Source of the DNA: Candidatus Hermodarchaeota archaeon
GTDB taxonomy: Archaea > Asgardarchaeota > Heimdallarchaeia > Hodarchaeales > Hodarchaeaceae
DNA: 32,000 nt
Direction: 5' to 3'
Assembly: GCA_048886185.1 (NCBI GenBank)
Contig: JBHLKY010000002.1
Span: 150,001 to 182,000 of the forward strand
Part shown: positions 1 to 10,400 of the stretch, piece after piece
How positions within the stretch are numbered: the first letter of the stretch is position 1
Layout of the letters: every line of letters begins with the position of its first letter
Notes under the pieces: generated by a model
Seen by the model: only the letters and a program-made list of their open reading frames with translations
Databases searched by the model: none
What the model was told of the DNA's origin: nothing
Translations under genes and position numbers: made by a program

Positions 1-446
1 TGGACATTATAAATTCCAATAGATGAACGTCGGCGGCGCCGTCCATATGAAAAATCAACTTTCTCTTGTAATTGGATCAACTGTTTAATAAGAAAATCGG
101 AAAACTTTACTCCTCTAATTAAAGAACAAGCTATGTAAGGACGAATGGATTTAATTTCAGGATCAACTTCTATTACAAAACCACTAGGTTCTGCAGAAAT
201 CTCAGGTAATCCTTCTTGTAAACCTATTGCACCAGTAATCTCTCTAACAAGTCCTTCTACACCCCAGATGTCAGGTCGATTAGAAGTTTTACAGTCAACT
301 TTTATGTAGCCCTCATCAGCTAAATCATGTTCTTCTATCTCAGATTTAGCAAAGCTAAAGAGATGATCTAATTCTTCGATCGAAGTATCATCGGGGAGAT
401 TTAGTAATTCAATGACATCGAAATAAGAAATTTTGAAAGCAACCAT
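1..446 (-). CDS. pheT: Phenylalanine--tRNA ligase beta subunit, archaeal type (N-terminal 148 codons; runs off the left edge)
   Basis: Not in the ORF track; translated by hand from ATG at 446: MVAFKISYFDVIELL...KTSNRPDIWGVEGLVREI...RPYIACSLIKG...QLIQLQEKVDFSYGRRRRRSSIGIYNV. NRPD, RPYIA and QLQEK..GR.R..IGIY are archaeal PheT motifs. AGGTGA SD at 452-457 abuts the pheS stop. Confidence 0.95.
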   Translation of the reverse strand, partial: MVAFKISYFDVIELLNLPDDTSIEELDHLFSFAKSEIEEHDLADEGYIKVDCKTSNRPDIWGVEGLVREITGAIGLQEGLPEISAEPSGFVIEVDPEIKSIRPYIACSLIRGVKFSDFLIKQLIQLQEKVDFSYGRRRRRSSIGIYNV

Positions 447-451
447 CTGTT

Positions 452-457
452 TCACCT
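452..457 (-). promoter_or_regulatory. Shine-Dalgarno AGGTGA for pheT, abutting the pheS stop (translational coupling)
   Basis: Minus strand reads TAA-AGGTGA-AACAG-ATG. Similar GGTG(A) motifs precede the GH4, 747-aa, LDH-like and DinB genes. Confidence 0.75.
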
Positions 458-1951
458 TTAGGTTAAAGGAACTGTGCGTAACCACTTCAGGTTATGCGTA
501 AAGAGTTCACGAATATCGTTAATTCCTCGTTTTACCATATATAGACGATCTACTCCAAGACCCCAAGCAATAACAGGCTCAGAGATACCGAAAGGAGCTG
601 TCACTTCTGGACGAAAGATCCCAGAACCACCAAATTCAATATACCCAAGGTCGGGATGATAAGCACTGAGCTCAGCAGAGGGGCTAGTAAACGGATAATA
701 ATCAGGTTTGAATCGAACCTTTGTAGCTCCAGCAATTTCAACGGCAAAAGTTTTTAGAAGGCCTAGAAGGGTTCTAAAAGTAATAGAAGGATCACAGGAA
801 ATACCTTCAAGCTGATTGAACTCAGATAAGTGAACCGCATCTACGGAATCAGGTCTATAACATCGAGCTATACAAAAGTATTTAGCTGGAATTTTAAGGT
901 TGTATAATGTCCTAGCACTAACTGCTGTTCCCTGAGGTCTTAATATAAGCCTTGCAGCTTTTTGTGGATCCCATCTGTATCGCCAACCTCGTGAACCAAC
1001 AGGTTCACCTGTTTCATGAATATGCTGAACATTTTTCACTATATTCTGATCTTTGGGCAGGGTTCCATGAGTTGGATGTTTTAATGTATAAACATCAGAC
1101 CATTCCCGTGCAGAATGATCTTGGGCTTGAAATAATGCATCAAAATTCCAGAACTCACTCTCAACTAAAGGCCCTCTCATTTCAGTAAAGCCCAATCCCA
1201 CTAATTTTTGTTTCACCTCATCTAAGAACATGAGATAAGGATGTTTCCTGCCTATTGGGAATGTTTTGGGTCGACTAGTTATATTATAGCTTTTTAATTG
1301 AAGGTTTCGCCATTCTCCAGACCGTATTTGTTCTGGTGTCAAGCGTGATACAGGTTTAACAATTTGAATCGTGGATAAAGTTTTGGATCCAGTCTCAGTT
1401 ATTTTTATAATTGTCTGTTGACGTTCTTTTAATTCAATAAAACCTCTATTCGAAAGTGCTGTTAATTGTTCCTTGGAAACAGAAGATAAGGGATTTTTAG
1501 CCAATATTTCTAAAGTGCTTTCTAATTCTTGATTCATTCTGGTTACTGATTCAACAGGAATAAGAGTCCCTTTATCAATCCTAATAATTCCAGTGTTTCT
1601 TAAATTTCCAATTCCTGCATTAATTGCTTTCTTTGTTAAACTCAGAATAGAAGAAAGTTTAGTTATTGAAATTCCATTAGGGTTATTTTTCAATACATCT
1701 AAAATGAGATTCTCAGGTAATCCGTTTTTGAGTACGTTTTGACCTTCTTTTGTAACAACAGCACGAGCTATTGTTTTTACCTCTCTTTCTGCTAGATTTT
1801 CTTGGCTTAATCGGGAGGTTATTTGCTCTGCTTTAACATGAGGTATTCCGATATCTGCAGCCAATTCATCTATTGTCATTGAGCTATTTTTGTTTAAATG
1901 ACGTAATACTTTAGCCATCTCAGGTGTAACGTAGAGAGAATCTTTGTTCAA
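458..1951 (-). CDS. pheS: Phenylalanine--tRNA ligase alpha subunit, archaeal long form with N-terminal winged-helix extension
   Basis: FWNFDALFQAQDHSAR, motif 2 RCYRPD...SEFNQLEG, YPFTSPS, motif 3 AWGLGVDRL. 497 aa, TTG start with AAGGAG upstream, directly upstream of pheT. Confidence 0.96.
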   Translation of the reverse strand: MNKDSLYVTPEMAKVLRHLNKNSSMTIDELAADIGIPHVKAEQITSRLSQENLAEREVKTIARAVVTKEGQNVLKNGLPENLILDVLKNNPNGISITKLSSILSLTKKAINAGIGNLRNTGIIRIDKGTLIPVESVTRMNQELESTLEILAKNPLSSVSKEQLTALSNRGFIELKERQQTIIKITETGSKTLSTIQIVKPVSRLTPEQIRSGEWRNLQLKSYNITSRPKTFPIGRKHPYLMFLDEVKQKLVGLGFTEMRGPLVESEFWNFDALFQAQDHSAREWSDVYTLKHPTHGTLPKDQNIVKNVQHIHETGEPVGSRGWRYRWDPQKAARLILRPQGTAVSARTLYNLKIPAKYFCIARCYRPDSVDAVHLSEFNQLEGISCDPSITFRTLLGLLKTFAVEIAGATKVRFKPDYYPFTSPSAELSAYHPDLGYIEFGGSGIFRPEVTAPFGISEPVIAWGLGVDRLYMVKRGINDIRELFTHNLKWLRTVPLT

Positions 1952-2232
1952 TGTATTAATAACTCCTTAATCTGAATGATAGTAATTCTATTCAGTTTGT
2001 GAAAGGTTTGAGATAGATGTAAAAGTAATTGCAAATAAAAAGAGTTTGATAGATCTGATAGTGCCTTGTTAAAAATCAATAAAGAGTCATTTTCGTTTAA
2101 AGCGCTATAAATTCCAAGGCATCTACCTCAACAAAAGCCAATCAAACAGTTATTTTAAATCTTTCTATTTTATGTCTTAATTTTCCCCCTAGAACTTGCT
2201 TTTATTACCTCAATCGAAATTATTTCAGCCAA

Positions 2233-5200
2233 TTATTCTGATTCTTCGTATTTCCATCCAGGTTTTACTATCATTCCTTCTCTCCTCCGTCCGTCAATCA
2301 CAACTAGAAGAGGTTTTTCTGTTCGAATATGGCGAATGTATTTAGTTTCTGTACCATATTTTCTCTGGTTTTTCAGCCAATTCCAATCAATGAAGTCTTT
2401 CTTTGAATTGTATTTTATGAAAAAATAACCAATATTCGCAGTGGTTATATTTTGAAAGAAATGACTTCCCTGTGAATGTTCAACATGAAAATCTTCCAAA
2501 CCAGTCTCAATGATTACTTGGGCTGCAGAGATATTGTTCCACTTCACAGGAATTCCTAAAAAACGATCGAAAGTTCCCCAACGACCAAAACCCAAAAGAA
2601 TGTAATGGATCCCTTGATTTCGCAACTTTTGGTTTATTTTATCTACTTCTTTAACCATAACTCTTGTCTTTAATTTGTCAAAGGATTCAGGTTTTACATA
2701 AACTATATCGTAAATATCTTTAATGATACGGTTACCCGAGATCTGTGACGAAAATGCAATCATGTCATTCTTGGGGATTGTAGCATACTCTTCACTCAAT
2801 AACTCATTTTGTTCAACGAATGGCCTAATCTGTAAAAGGTAAAATGTAGTTCGTTTCCCAGAGGGCTGTTGAAAATTCCCAGCAAATTCAATTTCCACAC
2901 TACTCCCCATTGCTTTCTCTCCGAGTTCTAGTATTTTGGATATTGTTTTGGCAAAAGGAACTGTTCCATATTTCAATTGATTGCTAAAGGTTATAACAGG
3001 AGCCCCCTCGCCCATGTACCCAGTTTTAAGCACTTGATCGTTGTAATCATAAGTATCCGCAACTCTCGATAATATATTTTTGTTTGCCTCGGAGATGCTA
3101 GTTTTTAAGAGGAAAGATTCTTCTCCCTCAGTAATAGCAGCTGAATCTGATGCCAGATCTATAGCAAAGAAATCTTTTTGACTATTTTTGAGTAATTGGT
3201 CATGAGTTGAGTAAAAACTAATTTCAGGATATTTTGGACAAAACCGATGAGTTAATCCTCCATCTACAACAGTCTTACCAAGACCAATTGCTAGGAATGC
3301 AATTCTGTCTGTAGGTTTCATATACGATATTGGATAATAATTATATGAAGATGCTACTCCAGAAAAACTAGGGTAAGATAGCTTGTTAGGATGTTCTCTT
3401 CCAACTACCTGTTGAATTACAACAGCCATTTTTGATTCTTCGACAGATTGATCCGTGGATTCGGCGTAACTTTTTGCTTTCTTTAAAAAGGAAGAAGAAA
3501 AAACTAGTTTAATAGCGTCACACAGCAATCTGACTCTTGTATCCATATCTTGGTTATTAGGTAAGAAATAGGTTTCAAAGATTCCTGCAAATGGTTGATA
3601 CTGAGAGTCTTCTAATAAGCTCGAGGATCGTACAGATAACGGGCCTGTGAGATTCTTCAAGATATATCTTAGATCATCCTTAAGATCAGATGAAATTTCT
3701 GCTTTTAAAAAGCTTTTTTTGATATCTTTATCAGGAATATCAGAGAGAGCTAAATCGTAAAGGTTTTCGTTCGCTTGCATGAAATGATCGAATTCACTTG
3801 TTCCAATTACAAAGGTCTTGGGGATACGGATATCTACATCCTGTGAAAGCTCATCAGCAAGAAGAAAAGTATTGAGGAGAAATTGGAGGAATGCAATACC
3901 CCGACCCTTTCCACCCAATGATCCTGGCCTTAATCGAGTGAACCTTATTGCAGGATGGTGACTCTCCCGATCCCAATCATGTACAACTCCACCTGATTTT
4001 TCAACAAGTATAGCATTGATTGACTCTAACAAGAATTGCCGCAGACCATCTGCTGAAAAATCGGTAACTTTAACTGGTTTGATCTTTTGCGCTATAGCAA
4101 ATTCTGCACGGTTCATTAACCAGCCAGAGAAATGATCGTTTGACCCATGATATATTAATGATTCATTGGGTACCACAGAAATTGCTTGATATAACTCCAT
4201 AATGTTTCGAGCTCTCCCAACTACTGTACCATCAGTAAGTCGAAAAATAAAGTCACCAAAACCTAAATATCTTAACATAAATTGCCGTAAACTTTGGAGA
4301 AGACGGTGGGATTTTTTGTAAATGAAATAAGACCCCAATTCTTTAGCATACTTCTTATTCTCCAATTCACGAGATTGCAAAGCTGTAGGAAGGGTGATAT
4401 TATTGGTTTTTACCTCTTTGATGAATTTTATTCCGGCTTCTTTGTCTATTTTGCCTTCTTTCATGAATCGAACATCAGAAATGACACCAATCACGTATTT
4501 TTGATAAGTTCGATAATATTCCATGGCTTCTTCATAGGTTTCAGCCAAAAGGATCTTTGGCCTTGCTCTCATCTGAAGTAAATTGTAAAAATCATTTATT
4601 CCTGCTGAAATCAATCGATGTGTTTGTTTCATTAGCTCGCTGTAGATTAAAGGTAAGAAGAGAGAAAAGTATCTAATAGAATCCTCAACAACAATAATCA
4701 CCCTTACAAGGCCAACTTCAGTATCATGGGCAACATTGAGTTTATCTTCTAAGTGCTTAATGATAGCCACAAAGACTGTTGAATCACCATTCCACAAAAA
4801 AATTCTATCTATGCCTTGACGTTTTGATGGTTCTGGTAGATATGGAATGATTCCTGTATTATTCAACAGTAAAATTACAGGAATATTCCGAATTTCTTTA
4901 ATCTGACGTCCCAAAGCAAACGCATCAATGTCTCCCAAGCGCCTCATGGTTATTACCAAGTCAAAATCTTTATCTTTCACGGATTTTAACGCTTCTTGAG
5001 CCGAGGTGACTCTAGTAATGCTTGGTAAAGTTCGAAGATTTAAATTATGGAATTCTTCGAAAATTTGATCTGAAAGTCGCCCATCCTCTTCCAAAATAAA
5101 GTTATCATAATAACTGGAGACAAGAAGCACTTTATTAATCCTTTTTGTCATCAAATCATGAAAAACACGATATTTTGGTTTATAATCTAGACCAAGATCA

Positions 5201-5238
5201 TCTTCCTCAACAATGTGTTGTAGTGTTGAACTAGTCAT
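2233..5238 (-). CDS. Receiver-domain / PEP-pyruvate-binding (PPDK_N ATP-grasp) multidomain protein with candidate C-terminal phospho-His swivel domain; lacks the PEP-utiliser TIM barrel
   Basis: Pseudo-receiver aa ~35-165 (DLVITM, no Asp). Canonical receiver aa ~178-325 (E185-D186, D255, S289, K308/309). DUF5752-like segment from aa ~329 (RARNIMELYQAISVVPNESLIYHGSNDHFSGWL). ATP-grasp motifs LGGKG, SVRSSSLLEDS..PFAG, MAVVIQQ, GLGKTVVDG, IEFA, YLLQIRP. C-terminal SQGSHFF (H926) and VVIDG. Confidence 0.8.
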   Translation of the reverse strand: MTSSTLQHIVEEDDLGLDYKPKYRVFHDLMTKRINKVLLVSSYYDNFILEEDGRLSDQIFEEFHNLNLRTLPSITRVTSAQEALKSVKDKDFDLVITMRRLGDIDAFALGRQIKEIRNIPVILLLNNTGIIPYLPEPSKRQGIDRIFLWNGDSTVFVAIIKHLEDKLNVAHDTEVGLVRVIIVVEDSIRYFSLFLPLIYSELMKQTHRLISAGINDFYNLLQMRARPKILLAETYEEAMEYYRTYQKYVIGVISDVRFMKEGKIDKEAGIKFIKEVKTNNITLPTALQSRELENKKYAKELGSYFIYKKSHRLLQSLRQFMLRYLGFGDFIFRLTDGTVVGRARNIMELYQAISVVPNESLIYHGSNDHFSGWLMNRAEFAIAQKIKPVKVTDFSADGLRQFLLESINAILVEKSGGVVHDWDRESHHPAIRFTRLRPGSLGGKGRGIAFLQFLLNTFLLADELSQDVDIRIPKTFVIGTSEFDHFMQANENLYDLALSDIPDKDIKKSFLKAEISSDLKDDLRYILKNLTGPLSVRSSSLLEDSQYQPFAGIFETYFLPNNQDMDTRVRLLCDAIKLVFSSSFLKKAKSYAESTDQSVEESKMAVVIQQVVGREHPNKLSYPSFSGVASSYNYYPISYMKPTDRIAFLAIGLGKTVVDGGLTHRFCPKYPEISFYSTHDQLLKNSQKDFFAIDLASDSAAITEGEESFLLKTSISEANKNILSRVADTYDYNDQVLKTGYMGEGAPVITFSNQLKYGTVPFAKTISKILELGEKAMGSSVEIEFAGNFQQPSGKRTTFYLLQIRPFVEQNELLSEEYATIPKNDMIAFSSQISGNRIIKDIYDIVYVKPESFDKLKTRVMVKEVDKINQKLRNQGIHYILLGFGRWGTFDRFLGIPVKWNNISAAQVIIETGLEDFHVEHSQGSHFFQNITTANIGYFFIKYNSKKDFIDWNWLKNQRKYGTETKYIRHIRTEKPLLVVIDGRRREGMIVKPGWKYEESE

Positions 5239-5324
5239 TCTTTCTCAGTAAATTTCTGTGAAAAGTTCTTTGTAAAAGTTTTGCTGAAGAAAAAAGGATG
5301 AGAAACTATAAGTACATATATATT

Positions 5325-5348
5325 AAAAAGTAGCGAGCTATACTTTTT
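5325..5348. promoter_or_regulatory. Perfect 8-bp inverted repeat AAAAAGTA-N8-TACTTTTT next to a TATA-like tract; candidate operator
   Basis: Arms at 5325-5332 and 5341-5348, with a nested TAGC-GA-GCTA palindrome at 5331-5340 and TATATATT at 5317-5324. Lies in the divergent intergenic region, ~90 nt upstream of the 1001-aa gene. Confidence 0.35.
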
Positions 5349-5629
5349 TCTTAAATCAACTCTGAATACAGGCATGTTTTAAAATTTTTATTAAAATTTT
5401 TTTGAACTCTGCAAATCGTTCCAAAATTTTGTCAAAAACTCCATACTTTACCTAAAGCTTCCTAAAAATGATTTTTTACTTGCCAAGAGTATTTTTTGCA
5501 ATTGAAAAAAAAAAGATGAATTCTCTTCCAATGGGGTTAAAAGATGAGCTTTAATTGATCGGTCTTAGCAGATAATAGGAAATATAGTCTGATACTGGCT
5601 TTAGTCTTAAAATTTACCGTAAACCTTAG

Positions 5630-7006
<1,377 letters not shown>

Positions 7007-7044
7007 TATCAAGAATATCAAATGGCTTATTACAGTTATTACTA

Positions 7045-7070
7045 TCTTTTCCTCTTCTTTTTTTCTTTTT
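7045..7070 (+). terminator. Oligo-T/pyrimidine tract downstream of gdhA, candidate archaeal-type terminator
   Basis: TCTTTTCCTCTTCTTTTTTTCTTTTT starting ~40 nt after the gdhA stop, between convergent genes; no hairpin. Confidence 0.45.
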
Positions 7071-7093
7071 ACTATTGTTTTAACTTTCGCATT

Positions 7094-7414
7094 TCACTTG
7101 TTTGTTGAATAAATAAGTTCTTTGGGAAAACACAGCTCAAACATATTTCCTTTTGGATCAGAGGGACGGATCTTGAGTATTCCTCCATAATATTGCATGA
7201 TTACTGAAGCAAGTGCTATACCAACATGATGACCTATAATTTCCCATTCATCAGTTATCTGCCCCGAGAGTTTTGAAACTATTTCTTGTGATAATGGTTC
7301 GGAAGAGCTATCGCTAATGTGAACACAAAAGAAAGATGGAATATAATATCCTGTAATATCGATACTTGTTTCGATCCCTAACTTTTCATCAAATGAACTC
7401 AAAAATAAGTTCAA
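7094..7414 (-). pseudogene. Stand-alone or 5'-truncated paralogue of the degenerate HATPase-like C-terminal domain of the upstream PAS protein
   Basis: 61 of 84 aligned residues identical to the PAS protein C-terminus by manual alignment. Exact 23-bp match at 7194-7216 = 7592-7614. Only a TTG start, with an in-frame TAA four codons upstream. Confidence 0.75.
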
Positions 7415-7479
7415 GTTTATAGATTATTTACCCTCCTCCATGGCCAATGATTTTCAGATACCCTAAGAACCTTTAAAAT

Positions 7480-10400
7480 CTAGTCTACCTTGATTTCCAT
7501 CCCAGTTTCAATCAAATTTCGTGGAATGAGTAACTGAAACTCATTTCCTTTGGGATCAGATGCATATATGGTAAGAGATCCTCCAAAATGCTGCATGATT
7601 ACTGAAGCAAGTGCGATACCAATGTTATGTCCAATAATTTCCCACTCATCTGTGATAGTGCCTGAAAGCTTGGAAATTATTTCCTGTGATAATGGTTCAG
7701 AACAACAATCACTAATACTAACACAGAAAAATGAGGGAAGATAAAAACCATCAATGATAATACTCCTTGGGAGACTTGATTCATGATAGAAACTCAGAAG
7801 GAATGATAAAATTTCATTCAACGCATCTTTAAAATGTGCATCAGCAAGTATCATTACATTGATATGTTCTTTGTTTATTTTGATCAAGTGAGAAAACCTT
7901 TTCTGCCCAGAGATAACCTCATTAATAGTATTGGTTAGGTTCTTGCCTTTTTGAGGAGAAATAAAGGGAGTTTGTAGTACTTCAAAGATTTTATTCACTG
8001 TATCAATCGTTTTTGACGATCCTGAGGCAATAGAAATGATTTGATTTACAATATTGACATTAAGTTCGAGTTTAGATTCGTATAATAGTGATAGCAATTC
8101 AACGTTATTGATTATCTTTTGCATATCGTTATTTATAAAATGCGACATCATAGCATGATATCGTTCCTCTTCGAGTTTTACTTGATGTAGTGCTTGTTCT
8201 GCTCGTTTTCGTTCAGTAATATCTCGTACAATTCCTTGAATTACTTTTTTCCCACGTATTTCAAATAGACTTGAAGAGACTTCTGCAGGAAAAACTTCAC
8301 CATTGCTTTTCTTAAACTCAATTTCAAAATTAACAAATCCCTCCTTTGAGATCTTATCAAAAGCCCATCTTGATTTTACTAATGCTTCTGGAGGATGGAA
8401 ATCTGGGATTTTAAAGGAGATTATCTCTGGTTTTGTGTACCCAAACAATGCTAGGGTCTTCTGGTTAACATCTATTATATTACCATCTAAATCGTGCAAG
8501 AAAATTGCATCATTCGAATAATGGAAGAGATTGCTGTATTTTTCCTGACTCTGTTGGAGTGCCTCTTCAACACGTTTTCGATCTGTTATGTCTGTTGATA
8601 ATACAAGAACTCCTTGAAATTCCCCAATATTCGAAAAAATAGGTGTGGCTGTTACAATAACTGGAATAATAGTTCCATCTTTAGCAATTAAATTACTTTC
8701 ATAAATGCTACTAATACCTTTAGAACGTTTCGAGGTTTCATAATAAGACTCTTCATGATTGTTTTCAGGTACAATAAAACTCCAATGTTTGCCAATAAGT
8801 TCCTCTTCAGTGTAACCTAATGTTTCTAGTGTCTTTGGATTAGCAAAAATAATAAATCCTTCTGGATCTTCTACTGTAAGTCCCTCTTCCAACTTTTCAA
8901 TAAGTATCTGATATTTCTCTCTTTCCTCATCTAAAGCCATTTCCATCTCTGCACGCTCAGTAACATCACGAACAACACCACGAAATCCATTAATTTCCCC
9001 TGATGGGTCATATATCGGAGAGATAGACGCCTCACTGACCCCTCTTGTCCCATTTTTCCTGATAAATCCAAAATCGAATATTCTTGCTGGCTCTCCTGTT
9101 CGATAAACGGTATTATAGGTTTGATAAACCCTCCTAGCTGTTTCCTCGTCCATATAATGACGATAATTGAGACCTAATAGTTCGTACTTCGAATATCCTA
9201 AGATTTTACATATTGAATCATTAAAGAAGGTAAAATTGCCTGCAAGATCAACCTCATAGTATCCCTCTTCAACAGTTTCTAAGATCGTGCGATATCTCTC
9301 TACACTTTCATGTAATTTTTGCTCTGCAAGCTTTCTCTCTGTAATGTCCGTGAAAACTGTCAATACACCTTCGAATTCGCCTGAGGAAGAAATAATAGGT
9401 GCAGCTGTAACAATTACTGGGATATGACTTCCATCCTTGGTTAAGACACTCACCTCATAAGTGCTACTTATCCCTTTGGGTCGTTTCATTGTCTCTTTCT
9501 TGACTACATCTAGAGATTGCTTCGGTACAATGTAACTCCAATGTTTTCCTATTAGTTCTTCCTCTCTATAACCTAAAAGTTCGGCTGTTCTGGGATTTAC
9601 AAATGTTAACACTCCTTGTGCATCTTCTAATAGGACTCCTTCCTGTAATTTCTCCACAAGCATTTGATACTTTTCTTTTGACTCTCTTAATGCCTCTTCC
9701 GCACGCTTACGATCAGTAATATCAATCAAAGTGACTAAAACAGCGTTTTTTCCTAAATACAAAATGGTTTTTGAATAATTATCCACCCATTTAATCGTTC
9801 CAGTCTTTGTGATCGCCCTGTAAGAATAATTAGTTATAATATCTTCTTCTCCTAACTGTTTCTTCCGTCCCTGTTCTGTTACAAAAGCTCTATCATTGGG
9901 ATGAATTACTTTTGCAGATTCATTAGGCCCCCAATTAAGCATCTCTTTAATTGAATACTCAAAAATATCTGCGAAGGCTTGATTCATATATTTGATTACC
10001 TCGTCCTGAAGAATACAGACTCCCATCATAGTTCGTTCGGATATCACCCTAAACTTCTGTTCGCTCTCTTTTAGTGCCTTTTCAGCTTCTCTACGGTCAG
10101 TTATATCTATTATTGATGCTAGAAGGCTGTATGGTTGCCCCGATTCGGATTTTATTAAATTTATCGATATCTGTATCGGAAAAATAGATCCATCTCTCTT
10201 TTTAGCCATTAGCTCGCCCATCCAGCTGCCCTCTTTTAATAGAATCCTCCTTAAATTCAAAAAAATCCCAGGAGTGGCCATAAGTTCGGTTACAGCCATA
10301 CCAATGACATCTGATCTATTTGAAAAACCCCACATGTTTAAGAAAGAAGTATTAACATAAGTTAGGTTTCCATCTAGATCAGAAATGTTTATAGCATTGA

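Noticed and set aside
474-1188. Plus-strand ORFs 474..659 and 952..1188
   Set aside because: Antisense to pheS, no recognisable motifs.
2233-5238. Annotating this gene as phosphoenolpyruvate synthase (ppsA) or PPDK
   Set aside because: No C-terminal PEP/pyruvate-binding TIM barrel; only ATP-grasp and candidate swivel parts plus receivers are present.
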